A stretch of 64,000 nucleotides of DNA from Eledone cirrhosa (GCA_964016885.1 OZ024742.1:374170001-374234000), one strand, 5' to 3'; numbered from the stretch's first letter, positions 22,400-41,617 are shown. Notes: generated by a model from the letters alone, not told the origin. Program-made: numbers and translations.

Positions 22400-25300
22400 T
22401 ATAACATGTATAATATATATAACATATATAACATACATAATATATATAACATATATAACATACATAACATATATAACATATATAACATATAGAACATATA
22501 GAACATATATAACCTATATAGCATATAACATATATAACATATATAACATATAGAACATATAACATATATAACATATAACATATAAAACATATATAAAATA
22601 TATTACATATATAACATATATGACATATGTAACATATATTACATATATAACATATATAGCATATAACATATATAACATATATAACATATAATATGTATAA
22701 CATATATAACATATAGAACATATAACATATATAACATATGTAACATATATAACATATATATCATATACCGTATATAACATATATAACATATATAACATAT
22801 AACATATATAATATATAACATATATAACATATATAACATATATAACATATATAATATATAACATATATAACATATATAACATATATAATATATAATATAT
22901 AACATATATAACATATATAACATATAACATACATAATATATATAACATATATAAAATATAACATATATAACATATAACATATATAACATATTTAACATAT
23001 AACATATATAACATATATAATATATAAAATATAACATATATAATATATAACATATATAACATATAACATATATAATATATAACATATATAATATATAACA
23101 TTTATAACATATATAACATATATAAAATATAATATATAACATATATAACATATATAACATATAACATATATAATATATATAACATATATAAAATATAACA
23201 TATATAACATATATAACGTATATAACATATAACATATAACATGTATAACATATATAATATATAACATATAACATATATAATATATAACATATTTAACATA
23301 TAACATTTATAACATATAACATATAACATATATAACATATATAATATATAACATATAACATATATAATATATAACATATATAACATATATAACATATATA
23401 ACATATAACATATATAACATATATAAGATATATAACATATAATATATATAATATATAACATACATAACATATAGAATATATAACATATATAATATATAAC
23501 ATATATAACATATAACATATATAACATATATAATATATAACATGTATAAAATATATAACATATATAACATGTAACATATATATATCATATATAACATATA
23601 ATATATAACATATATAACATATATAACATATAACATATATAATATATAACATATATAACATATATAACATATATAACATATATAACATATAACATATAAT
23701 ATATAACATATATAACATATATAATATATAAAATATATAACATATATAACATATAACATATAACATATATAACATATATAACATATATAACATATATAAC
23801 ATATATAACATACAACATATATAATATATATAACATATATAATATATAACATATATAACATATATATAACATACAACATATATAACATATATAACATATA
23901 TAACATATAACATATAAAATATATAACATATATAATATATAACATATAACATATAACATATATAACATATAATATATAAAACATATAACATATGACATAT
24001 ATAACATATATAATATATATAACATATATCATATGTAACATATATAACATATAATATATATAACATATAACATATATAATATATATAACATATATAACAT
24101 ACAACATATATAATATATATAACATATATAACATATATAATATATATAACATATATAACATATATAACATATAACATATATAACATATATAACATATATA
24201 ATATGTAACGTATATAATATATAACATATATAAAATATAGAACATATGACATATATAATATATATAACATATATAACAAACAACGTATATAACATATATA
24301 ACATATATAATATATAACATACATAACATATAACATATATAACATTTATAATATATAACATATATAACATATATAACATATATAAAATATATAAAATATA
24401 ACATATATAACAACATATATAACATATATAACATACATAACATATATAATATATAACATATATAACATATATAACATATATAACATATAACATATAACAT
24501 ATATAACATATAACATCTATAACATATATAACATATAACATGTAACATATAACATATATAATATATAACATACATAACATATAACATATATAACATTTAT
24601 AATATATAACATATATAACATATATAACATATATAACATATAACATATATATAACATATATAATATATATAACATATAACATATATAATATATATAGCAT
24701 ATAACATATATAACATATAGCATATATAACATATATAACATATTTAACACATATTACATATATAACATATAACATATATAACATATATAACATATAACAT
24801 ATAACATATATAACATATATAACATATAACAGAAAATATATAACATATAATATATAACGTATCTAACATATATAACATATAACATATCACATATAACATA
24901 CATAACATATATAACATATATAACATATAGAACATATAGAACATATATAACATATATAGCATATAACATATATAACATATATAACATATAGAAATTATAA
25001 CATATATAACATATAACATATAAAACATATATAAAATATATAACATATATAACATATATGACATATGTAACATATATTACATATATAACATATATAGCAT
25101 ATAACATATATAACATATATAACATATAATATATATAACATATATAACATATAGAACATATAACATATATAACATATGTAACATATATAACATATATATC
25201 ATATAACATATATAACATATATAACATATATAACATATAACATATATAATATATAACATATATAACATATATAACATATATAACATATATAATATATAGC

Positions 25301-27350
25301 ATATATAACATATATAACATATATAATATATAATATATAACATATATAACATATATAACATATAACATACATAATATATATAACATATATAAAATATAAC
25401 ATATATAACATATAACATATATAACATATTTAACATATAACATATATAACATATATAATATATAACATATAACATATATAATATATAACATATATAACAT
25501 ATAACATATATAATATATAACATATATAATATATAACATTTATAACATATATAACATATATAATATATAATATATAACATATATAACATATATATCATAT
25601 AACATATATAATATATATAACATATATAAAATATAACATATATAACATATATAACATATATAACATATAACATATAACATATATAACATATATAATATAT
25701 AACATATAACATATATAATATATAACATATATAACATATAACATTTATAACATATAACATATAACATATATAACATATATAATATATAACATATAACATA
25801 TATAATATATAACATATATAACATATATAACATATATAATATATAACATATATAACATATATAAGATATATAACATATAATATATATAATATATAACATA
25901 CATAACATATAGAATATATAACATATATAATATATATAACATATATAACATATAACATATATAAAATATATAACATAAAACATATATAATATATGACATA
26001 TATAACATATATAATATATAACATGTATAAAATATATAACATATATAACATGTAACATATATATAACATATATAACATATAATATATAACATATATAACA
26101 TATATAACTTATAACATATATAATATATAACATATATAACATATATAACATATATAACATATATAACATATAACATATAATATATAACATATATATCATA
26201 TATAATATATAAAGCATATAACATATATAACATATAACATATAACATATATAACATATATAACATATATAACATATATAACATATATAACATATATAACA
26301 TATAACATATAACATATATAACATATATAATATATAACATATAACATATAACATATATAACATATATAATATATATAACATATAACATATGACATACATA
26401 ACATATATAATATATATAACATATATAACATATGTAACATATATAACATATAATATATATAACATATAACATATATAATATATATAACATATATAACATA
26501 CAACATATATAACATATATAACATATATAACATATATAATATATATAAGATATATAACATATATAACATATAACATATATAACATATAACATATATAACA
26601 TATATAACATATAACATATATAACATATATAACATATATAATATATAACGTATATAATATATAACATATATAAAATATAGAACATATGACATATATAATA
26701 TATATAACATATATAACAAACAACGTATATAACATATATAACATATAACATATATAGTATATAACATACATAACATATAACATATATAACATTTATAATA
26801 TGTAACATATATAACATATATAACATATATAAGATATATAAAATATAACATATATAACAACATATATAACATATATAACATACATAACATATATAATATA
26901 TAACATATAAAACATATATAACATATATAACATAACATATAAAATATATAACATATAACATCTATAACATATATAACATATAACATGTAACTTATAACAT
27001 ATATAATATATAACATACATAACATATAACATATATAACATTTATAATATATAACATATATAACATATATAACATATATAACATATAACATATATATAAC
27101 ATATATAATATATATAACATATAACATATATAATATATATAGCATATAACATATATAACATATAACATATATAACATATATAACATATTTAACACATATT
27201 ACATATATAACATATAACATATATAACATATATAACATATAACATATAACATATATAACATATATAACATATAACAGAAAATATATAACATATAATATAT
27301 AACATATCTAACATATATAACATATAACATATCACATATAACATATATAA
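22400..27350. repeat. More diverged higher-order duplication, period about 2440 bp
   Basis: aaacaacgta ~24279/26718, tttaacacatattac ~24744/27189, aacagaaaat ~24828/27273; ORF pair 22761/25199. Boundaries approximate. Confidence 0.8.
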
Positions 27351-28156
27351 CATATATAATATATAACATATAACATATAACATATATAACTTATATAATA
27401 TATATAATATATATAACATATATAACATATATAACATATATAACATATAACATATATAACATATATAACATATATAACATATAACATATATTATATATAA
27501 CATATATAACATATATAACATATATAACATATATAAAATATAACATATATATCATATAACATATAACATATATAACATATATAACATATAACATATATAA
27601 CATTTATAACATATATAAAATATATAACATTTAACATATTTAATATATAACATATATCACATATAGAACATAAAACATATATAATATATATAACATATAT
27701 AACATATAACATATATAACATATATAACATATATCATATATATTATATAACATATATAACCTATAACATATATAACATATAATATATAACATATATAACA
27801 TATATAACATATATAACATATAACATAGATATAACATATATAACATATAATATATAACATATATAACATATATAACATATATAACATATAACATATATAA
27901 AATATAACATATATAACATATATAACATATATAACATATAACATATAATATATAACATATATAACATATATAACATATATAACATATATAATATATATAG
28001 CATATAACATATTTAACATATAACATATAATATATATAACATATATAATATATAACATATAACATATATAATATATAACATATATAACATATAACATATA
28101 TAACATATATAATATATAACATATATAAGATATATAACATATAACATATATAACAT

Positions 28157-28499
28157 GGAGGAGCGTGGCTGAGTGGTTAGAGAACTGAATTGAAAATCGT
28201 GAGGTTGTGAGTTCGATTCCCAAAGGTGATGACACACGACCATGACCTCTGGCGTCACTCAGTGATACAGAGTACCCGACCTCCCATGGGTACAAGCTGA
28301 AGCATATAGACAATATACCCCGACACCCTCCCACTGTAAGGTGGTCGTGGAGGTGTTACGGCAAAAAAGCACCCAGCCCACGCTGTAAAGTCGACGTGTA
28401 GGCGCCACGAAAAATCACCCAGGACTCACTGTAAATGAGGTTGGTGTTAGGAAGGGCATCCAGCTGTAGAAATCAAGCCAGATCAGTTCCTGTATGAGC
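28157..28499 (+). mobile_element. tRNA-headed SINE/RTE-tail chimera embedded in satellite, copy 1 (343 bp)
   Basis: Pol III A box TGGCTGAGTGG at 28166-28176 and B box GTTCGATTCC at 28211-28220. The body matches the reverse complement of the RTE 3' end at 50088-50245 and of the element at ~46770-46935. Confidence 0.88.
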
Positions 28500-30699
28500 A
28501 TAACATATATAACATATATAATATATAACATATAACATATATAAAATATAACATATATAACATATATAACATATAACATATATAACATATATAACATATA
28601 TAACATATAATATATATAATATATAACATATATAACATATAGAATATATAACATATATAATATATATAACATATATAACATATAACATATATAACATATA
28701 TAACATATATAATATATAACATATATAAAATATATAACATATATAACATGTAACATATATATAACATATATAACATATAATATATAACATATATAACATA
28801 TAACATATATAATATATAACATATATAACATATATAACATATATAACATATATAATATATAACATATATAACATATAACATATATAAGATATATAATATA
28901 TAAAGCATATAACATATATAACATATATACATATAACATATATAACATATATAACATATATAACATACAACATATATAACATATATAACATATATAACAT
29001 ATATAATATATAACATATATAACATATATAGCATATAACATATATAACATACGACATATATAACATATATAACATATATAACATATAGCATATAACATAT
29101 ATAACATATATAATATATATAACATATAACATATAACATATATAACATATATAATATATATAGCATATATAACATATGTAACATATATAACATATAATAT
29201 GTATAACATATAACATATATAATATATATAACATATATAACATACAACATATATAACATATATAACATATATAACATATATAATATATATAACATATATA
29301 ACATATATAACATATAACATATATAATATATAACATATATAACATATATAATATATATCACATATATAACATATATAACATATATAACATATATGACATA
29401 TAACGTATATAATATATAACACATATAAAATATAGAACATATGACATATATAATATATATAACATATATAACAAATAACGTATATAACATATATAACATA
29501 TAACATATATAATATATAACATACATAACATATAACATATATAACATTTATAATATATAACAAATATAACATATATAACATATATAAAATATAACATATA
29601 TATAACATATATAACATATATAACATATATAACATATAACATATATAACATATATAACATATATAACATATATAAAATATATAAAATATAACATATATAA
29701 CAACATATATAACATATATAACATATAGAACATATAACATATATAATATATATAACATATATAACATGTGACATATATAACATATATAACATATAACTTA
29801 TATAAAATATAACATATATAATATATAACATATATAACATATAACATATATAACATATATAATATATAAAATATATAACATATAATATATAACATATATA
29901 ACATATAAAACATATAACATATAACATATATAACATATATAACATATATAATATATAACATATATAACATATAACATATATAACATATATAACACATATA
30001 ACATATAACATATGTAAGAATATAACATATATAACATATATAACATATAATATATACACCATATATTACATATATAACATATATAACATATATAACATAT
30101 ATAACATATATAACATATAACATATATAACATATATAATATATATAACATATAACATATATAATATATATAACATACAACATATATAACATATATAACAT
30201 ATATAACATATATAACATATATAACATATATAACATGTATAATATATATAACATATATAACATACATAATATACATAACATATATAACATACATAACATA
30301 TATAACATATATAACATATATCACATATAGAACATATATAACATATATAGCATATAACATATATAACATATATAACATATAGAACATATAACATATATAA
30401 CATATAACATATAAAACATATATAAAATATATAACATATATAACATATATGACATATGTAACATATATTACATATATAACATATATAGCATATAACATAT
30501 ATAACATATATAACATATAATATATATAACATATATAACATATAGAACATATAACATATATAACATATGTAACATATATAACATATATATCATATAACAT
30601 ATATAACATATATAACATATATAACATATAACATATATAATATATAACATATATAACATATATAACATATATAATATATAACATATATAACATATATAA

Positions 30700-33600
30700 C
30701 ATATATAATATATAATATATAACATATATAACATATAACATACATAATATATATAACATATATAAAATATAACATATATAACATATAACATTTATAACAT
30801 ATAACATATAACATATATAACATATATAATATATAACATATAACATATATAATATATAACATATATAACATATATAACATATAACATATATAACATATAT
30901 AACATATATAACATATAATATATATAATATATAACATACATAACATATAGAATATATAACATATATAATATATATAACATATATAACATATAACATATAT
31001 AAAATATATAACATATAACATATATAATATATAACATATATAGCATATAACATATATAAAATATTTAACATTTAACATATATAACATATATGATATATAA
31101 CATATAACATATATAATATATAACATATATAACATATAATATATATAATATATAACATATATAATATATAACATATATAACATATATAACATATATAATA
31201 TATAATATATAACATATATAACATATATAACATATAACATATATAATATATATAACATATATAAAATATAACATATATAACATATATAACATATATAACA
31301 TATAACATATAACATATATAATATATATAACATATATAACATATAACATATATAAAATATATAACATATAACATACATAATATATAACATATATAACATA
31401 TATAACATATATAACATATATAACATACAACATATATAACATATATAACATATATAATATATAACATATATAACATATAACATTTATAACATATAACATA
31501 TAACATATATAACATATATAATATATAACATATAACATATATAATATATAACATATATAACATATATAACATATAACATATATAACATATATAACATATA
31601 TAACATATAATATATATAATATATAACATACATAACATATAGAATATATAACATATATAATATATATAACATATATAACATATAACATATATAAAATATA
31701 TAACATATAACATATATAATATATAACATATATAACATATAACATATATAACATATATAATATATAACATGTAAAAAATATATAACATATATAACATGTA
31801 ACATATATATAACATATATAACATATAATATATAACATATATAACATATATAACATATATAATATATAACATATATAACATATATAACATATATAACATA
31901 TATAACATATAACATATAATATATAACATATATAACATATATAATATATAAAGCATATTACATATATAACATATAACATATAACATATATAACATATATA
32001 TCACATATAACATATATAACATATATAAGATATATAAAATATAACATATATAACATATAACATATAACATATATAACATATATAACATATAACATATATA
32101 ACATTTATAACATATATAAAATATATAACATTTAACATATTTAATACATAACATATATAACATATAGAACATATAACATATATAATATATATAACATATA
32201 TAACATATAACATATATAACATATATAACATATATCATATATATTATATAACATATATAACCTATAAAATATATAACATATAATATATAACATATATAAC
32301 ATATATAACATATATAACATATAACATATATATAACATATATAACATATAATATATAACATATATAACATATATAACATATATAACATATAACATATATA
32401 AAATATAACATATATAACATATATAACATATATAACATATAACATATATAATATATAACATATATAACATATAACATATATAACATATATAACATATATA
32501 ATATATATATAGCATATAACATATTTAACATATATAACATATAATATATATAACATATATAACATATAGAACATATAACATATATAACATATGTAACATA
32601 TATAACATATATATCATATAACATATATAACATATATAACATATATAACATATAACATATATAATATATAACATATATAACATATATAACATATATAACA
32701 TATATAATATATAACATATATAACATATATAACATATATAATATATAATATATAACATATATAACATATAACATACATAATATATATAACATATATAAAA
32801 TATAACATATATAACATATAACATATATAAAATATTTAACATTTAACATATATAACATATATGATATATAACATATAACATATATAATATATAACATATA
32901 TAACATATAATATATATAATATATAACATATATAATATATAACATATATAACATATATAACATATATAATATATAATATATAACATATATAACATATATA
33001 ACATATAACATATATAATATATATAACATAAATAAAATATAACATATATAACATATATAACATATATAACATATAACATATAACATATATAATATATATA
33101 ACATATATAACATATAACATATATAAAATATATAACATATAACATACATAATATATAACATATATAACATATATAACATATATAACATATATAACATACA
33201 ACATATATAACATATATAACATATATAATATATAACATATATAACATATAACATTTATAACATATAACATATAACATATATAACATATATAATATATAAC
33301 ATATAACATATATAATATATAACATATATAACATATATAACATATAACATATATATCATATATAACATATATAACATATAATATATATAATATATAACAT
33401 ACATAACATATAGAATATATAACATATATAATATATATAACATATATAACATATAACATATATAAAATATATAACATATAACATATATAATATATAACAT
33501 ATATAACATATAACATATATAACATATATAATATATAACGTGTAAAAAATATATAACATATATAACATGTAACATATATATAACATATATAACATATAAT

Positions 33601-34330
33601 ATATACCATATATAACATATATAACATATAACATATATAATATATAACATATATAACATATATAACATATATAACATATATAACATATAACATATAATAT
33701 ATAACATATATAACATATATAATATATAAAGCATATTACATATATAACATATAACATATAACATATATAACATATATATCACATATAACATATATAACAT
33801 ATATAAGATATATAAAATATAACATATATAACATATAACATATAACATATATAACATATATAACATATAACATATATAACATTTATAACATATATAAAAT
33901 ATATAACATTTAACATATTTAATACATAACATATATAACATATAGAACATATAACATATATAATATATATAACATATATAACATATAACATATATAACAT
34001 ATATAACATATATCATATATATTATATAACATATATAACCTATAAAATATATAACATATAATATATAACATATATAACATATATAACATATATAACATAT
34101 AACATATATATAACATATATAACATATAATATATAACATATATAACATATATAACATATATAACATATAACATATATAAAATATAACATATATAACATAT
34201 ATAACATATATAACATATAACATATATAATATATAACATATATAACATATAACATATATAACATATATAACATATATAATATATATATAGCATATAACAT
34301 ATTTAACATATAACATATAATATATATAAC
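30700..34330. repeat. Higher-order duplication, period about 1771-1778 bp
   Basis: gtaaaaaata ~31771/33542 and ttaatacata ~32141/33919; ORF pairs 32001/33779 and 32141/33919. Boundaries approximate. Confidence 0.85.
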
Positions 34331-34469
34331 ATATATAATATATAACATATAACGTATATAATATATAACATATATAACATATAACATATAACGTATATAA
34401 TATATAACATATATAACATATATAATATATAACATATATAACATATATAACATATAACATATATAACAT

Positions 34470-34766
34470 GAAGGCGCGTGGCTGAGTGGTTAGAGAACTG
34501 AATTGACAATCGTGAGGTTGTGAGTTCGATTCCCAAAGGCGATGACACACGACCATGACCTCTGGCGTCACTCAGTGATACAGAGTACCCGACCTCCCAT
34601 GGGTACAAGCTGAAGCATATAGACAATATACCCCAACACCCTCCCACTGCAAGGTGGTTGTGGAGGTGTTACGGCAAAAAAGCACCCAGGACTCACTGTA
34701 AATGAGGTTGGTGTTAGGAAAGGCATCCAGCTGTAGAAATCAAGCCAGATCAGTTCCTGTGTGAGC
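34470..34766 (+). mobile_element. tRNA-headed SINE/RTE-tail chimera, copy 2 (297 bp, 46-bp internal deletion)
   Basis: Same ends as copy 1. Lacks the segment between the two CACCCAG direct repeats (28370 and 28416 in copy 1). Confidence 0.88.
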
Positions 34767-34879
34767 ATAACATATATAACATATATAATATATAACATAT
34801 ATCATATATAATATATAACATATATAACATATATAACATATAACATATATAACATATATAATATATAACATATATAACA

Positions 34880-37800
34880 TGTATAACATATATAATATAT
34901 AATATATGACATATATAACATATATAACATATAACATACATAATATATATAACATATATAAAATATAACATATATAACATATAACATATATAACATATTT
35001 AACATATAACATATATAACATATATAACATATAACATATATAACATATAATATATATAATATATAACATATATAATATATAACATATATAACATATATAA
35101 TATATAATATATAACATATATAATATATATAACATATATAAATTATAACATATATAACATATATAACATATAACATATAACATATATAACATATATAATA
35201 TATAACATATAATATATATAATATATAACATATATAACATATAACATTTATAACATATAACATATATAACATATATAATATATAACATATAACATATATA
35301 ATATATAACATATATAACATATATAACATATAACATATATAACATATATAAGATATATAACATATAATATATATAATATATAACATACATAACATATAGA
35401 ATATATAACATATATAATATATTTAACATATATAACATATAATATATATAAAATATATAACATTTAACATATATAATATATAACATATATAACATATAAC
35501 ATATATAACATATATAATATATAACATGTATAAAATATATAACATATATAACATGTAACATATATATAACATATATAACATATAATATATAACATATATA
35601 ACATATATAACATATAACATATATAATATATAACATATATAACATATATAACATATATAACATATAACATATAATATATAACAAATATAACATATATAAT
35701 ATATAAAGCATATAACATATATAACATATAACATATAACATATATAACATATATAACATATATAACATATATAACATACAACATATATAACATATATAAC
35801 ATATATAATATATAACATATATAACATGTATAACATACAACATATATAACATATATAACATATATAACATATAACATATAACATATATAACATATATAAT
35901 ATATAACATATAACATATAACATATATAACATATATAATATATATAACATATAACATATAACATATATAACATATATAATATATATAACATATATAACAT
36001 ATGTAACATATATAACATATAATATATATAACATATAACATATATAATATATATAACATATATAATATACAACATATATAACATATATAACATATATAAC
36101 ATATATAATATATATAACATATATAACATATATAACATATATAACATATAACATATATAACATATATAACATATATAATATATAACGTATATAATATATA
36201 ACATATATAAAATATAGAACATGACATATATAATATATATAACATATATAACAAACAACGTATATAACATATATAACATATAACATATATAATATATAAC
36301 ATATATAACATATATAACATATATAAAATATATAAAATATAACATATATAACAACATATATAACATATATAACATACATAACATATATAATATATAACAT
36401 ATATAACATATATAACATATATAACATATATAACATATAACATATAACATATATAATATATAACATACATAACATATAACATATATAACATTTATAATAT
36501 ATAACATATATAACATATATAACATATATAACATATAACATATATATAACATATTTAATATATATAACATATAACATATATAATATATATAGCATATAAC
36601 ATATATAACATATAACATATATAACATATATATAACATATAACATATAACACATATAACATATATAACATATAACAGAAAATATATAACATATAATATAT
36701 AACATATCTAACATATATAACATATAACAGATCACATATAACATATATAACATATATAATATATAACATATAACATATAACATATATAACATATATAATA
36801 TATATAATATATATAACATATATAACATATATAACATATATAACATATAACATATATAACATATATAACATATATAACATATAACATATATTATATATAA
36901 CATATATAACATATATAACATATATAACATATATAAAATATAACATATATAACATATAACATATAACATATATAACAGATATAACATATAACATATATAA
37001 CATTTATAACATATATAAAATATATAACATTTAACATATTTAATATATAACATATATAACATATAGAACATATAACATATATAATATATATAACATATAT
37101 AACATATAACATATATAACATATATAATATATATCATATATATTATATAACATATATAACCTATAACATATATAACATATAATATATAACATATATAACA
37201 TATATAACATATATAACATATATATAACATATATAACATATAATATATAACATATATAACATATATAACATATATAACATATAACATATATAAGATATAA
37301 CATATATAACATATATAACATATATAACATATATAACATATAACATATAACATATATAATATATAACATATATAACATATATAACATATAACATATATAA
37401 CATATATAATATATAACATATATAACATATATAACATATATAATATATAATATATGACATATATAACATATATAACATATAACATACATAATATATATAA
37501 CATATATAAAATATAACATATATAACATATAACATATATAACATATTTAACATATAACATATATAACATATATAACATATAACATATATAACATATAACA
37601 TATATAACATATAATATATATAATATATAACATATATAATATATAACATATATAACATATATAATATATAATATATAACATATATAATATATATAACATA
37701 TATAAATTATAACATATATAACATATATAACATATAACATATAACATATATAACATATATAATATATAACATATAATATATATAATATATAACATATATA

Positions 37801-39900
37801 ACATATAACATTTATAACATATAACATATATAACATATATAATATATAACATATAACATATATAATATATAACATATATAACATATATAACATATAACAT
37901 ATATAACATATATAAGATATATAACATATAATATATATAATATATAACATACATAACATATAGAATATATAACATATATAATATATTTAACATATATAAC
38001 ATATAATATATATAAAATATATAACATTTAACATATATAATATATAACATATATAACATATAACATATATAACATATATAATATATAACATGTATAAAAT
38101 ATATAACATATATAACATGTAACATATATATAACATATATAACATATAATATATAACATATATAACATATATAACATATAACATATATAATATATAACAT
38201 ATATAACATATATAACATATATAACATATAACATATAATATATAACAAATATAACATATATAATATATAAAGCATATAACATATATAACATATAACATAT
38301 AACATATATAACATATAACATATAACATATATAACATATATAACATATATAACATATATAACATACAACATATATAACATATATAACATATATAATATAT
38401 AACATATATAACATGTATAACATACAACATATATAACATATATAACATATATAACATATAACATATAACATATATAACATATATAATATATAACATATAA
38501 CATATAACATATATAACATATATAATATATATAACATATAACATATAACATATATAACATATATAATATATATAACATATATAACATATGTAACATATAT
38601 AACATATAATATATATAACATATAACATATATAATATATATAACATATATAATATACAACATATATAACATATATAACATATATAACATATATAATATAT
38701 ATAACATATATAACATATATAACATATAACATATATAACATATATAACATATATAATATATAACGTATATAATATATAACATATATAAAATATAGAACAT
38801 GACATATATAATATATATAGCATATATAACAAACAACGTATATAACATATATAACATATAACATATATAATATATAACATATATAACATATATAACATAT
38901 ATAAAATATATAAAATATAACATATATAACAACATATATAACATATATAACATACATAACATATATAATATATAACATATATAACATATATAACATATAT
39001 AACATGTATAACATATAACATATAACATATATAATATATAACATACATAACATATAACATATATAACATTTATAATATATAACATATATAACATATATAA
39101 CATATATAACATATAACATATATATAACATATTTAATATATATAACATATAACATATATAATATATATAGCATATAACATATATAACATATAACATATAT
39201 AACATATATATAACATATAACATATAACACATATAACATATATAACATATAACAGAAAATATATAACATATAATATATAACATATCTAACATATATAACA
39301 TATAACAGATCACATATAACATATATAACATATATAATATATAACATATAACATATAACATATATAACATATATAATATATATAATATATATAACATATA
39401 TAACATATATAACATATATAACATATAACATATATAACATATATAACATATATAACATATAACATATATTATATATAACATATATAACATATATAACATA
39501 TATAACATATATAAAATATAACATATATAACATATAACATATAACATATATAACATATATAACATATAACATATATAACATTTATAACATATATAAAATA
39601 TATAACATTTAACATATTTAATATATAACATATATAACATATAGAACATATAACATATATAATATATATAACATATATAACATATAACATATATAACATA
39701 TATAATATATATCATATATATTATATAACATATATAACCTATAACATATATAACATATAATATATAACATATATAACATATATAACATATATAACATATA
39801 TATAACATATATAACATATAATATATAACATATATAACATATATAACATATATAACATATAACATATATAAAATATAACATATATAACATATATAACATA
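34880..39900. repeat. Higher-order duplication, period about 2564-2578 bp
   Basis: acagatcaca ~36727/39305 and aacagaaaat ~36673/39251; ORF pairs 35248/37812 and 36891/39469. Boundaries approximate. Confidence 0.87.
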
Positions 39901-40145
39901 TATAACATATAACATATATAATATATAACATATATAACATATAACATATATAACATATATAACATATATAATATATATAGCATATAACATATTTAACATA
40001 TAACATATAATATATATAACATATATAATATATAACATATAACGTATATAATATATAACATATATAACATATAACATATATAACATATATAACATATATA
40101 ATATATAACATATATAACATATATAACATATAACATATATAACAT

Positions 40146-40488
40146 GGAGGCGCGTGGCTGAGTGGTTAGAGAACTGAATTGACAATCGTGAGGTTGTGAG
40201 TTCGATTCCCAAAGGCGATGACACACGACCATGACCTCTGGCGTCACTCAGTGATACAGAGTACCCGACCTCCCATGGGTACAAGCTGAAGCATATAGAC
40301 AATATACCCCGACACCCTCCCACTGCAAGGTGGTCGTTGAGGTGCTACGGCAAGAAAGCACCCAGCCCACGCTGTAAAGTCGACGTGTAGGCGCCACGAA
40401 AAATCACCCAGGACTCACTGTAAATGAGGTTGGTGTTAGGAAGGGCATCCAGCTGTAGAAATCAAGCCAGATCAGTTCCTGTATGAGC
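40146..40488 (+). mobile_element. tRNA-headed SINE/RTE-tail chimera, copy 3 (343 bp)
   Basis: Same length, same junctions (taacat|gg ... gagc|ataacat) and only a few substitutions relative to copy 1. Confidence 0.88.
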
Positions 40489-41090
40489 ATAACATATATA
40501 ACATATATAATATATAACATATAACATATATAATATATAACATATATAACATATATAACATATAACATATATAACATATATAACATATAATATATATAAT
40601 ATATAACATATATAACATATAGAATATATAACATATATAATATATATAACATATATAACATATAACATATATAATATATAACATATATAACATATAACAT
40701 ATATAATATATAACATATATAACATATAACATATATAACATATATAATATATAACATATATAAAATATGTAACATATATAACATGTAACATATATATAAC
40801 ATATATAACATATAACATATATAATATATAACATATATAACATATATAACATATATAACATATATAACATAACATATATAATATATAACATATATAACAT
40901 ATAACATATATAACATATATAATATATAAAGCATATAACATATATAACATATAACATATAACATATATAACATATATAACATATATAACATACAACATAT
41001 ATAACATATATAACATATATAATATATAACATATATAACATATATAGCATATAACATACGACATATATAACATATAACATATATAACATA

Positions 41091-41617
41091 CTAGCAGTAA
41101 AGCCCGACGTTGCTCGGGGTCGCTCAGTAGCTGTGTTAAAGTTACAATGTTAAGTTTCTTTTTTGGCTTAAAAACTGTAGTGTCTACTGTGCAGACTTGC
41201 ATGTGGTGTTTTTGATTAATATTCCCTCAACCAACAATATGCCTTATGAAGTTAAGAAAACATAACGATAACCCGAATGTTATAACAAAAGAGGATGCTG
41301 GGGATAAAAACTGCACTGGTTATTTATTAACAAAGATCGAAAATGTAAACACTGCAACGCAGAGAAAAACAACGTAAGAGGCTCAATGTAAACAGAACAA
41401 AGGGAAATAACTCGTCACTTACGCTCAAAAATCGATACATTAGATTCGATTTCGTCACATAGGGTGGGTCAATTTGAAATATTTTTTTTCCGATGTCTTC
41501 GCTAGGGCTCAATGTACAAGTATAGCAATTTCGGTGCAATTCCGTCAGAGATTCTAAGAGGAGATGTGTGCCAAAAATCGATAGACAGACAGACAACCAC
41601 AGCTTTATATATATAGA
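41091..41617 (-). mobile_element. Non-autonomous Helitron (527 bp) inserted in the satellite
   Basis: Minus strand starts TCTATATATATAAAGC followed by (GTCT)n. It ends with a hairpin (CCCGA/TCGGG arms at 41103-41107 and 41114-41118) 8 nt before a terminal CTAG. Inserted between A and T with no TSD; removing it restores acata|taacat. Confidence 0.9.

Noticed and set aside
28157-28225. Possible tRNA gene
   Set aside because: Has A and B boxes but no closing acceptor stem and continues into retroelement sequence; it is a SINE head.
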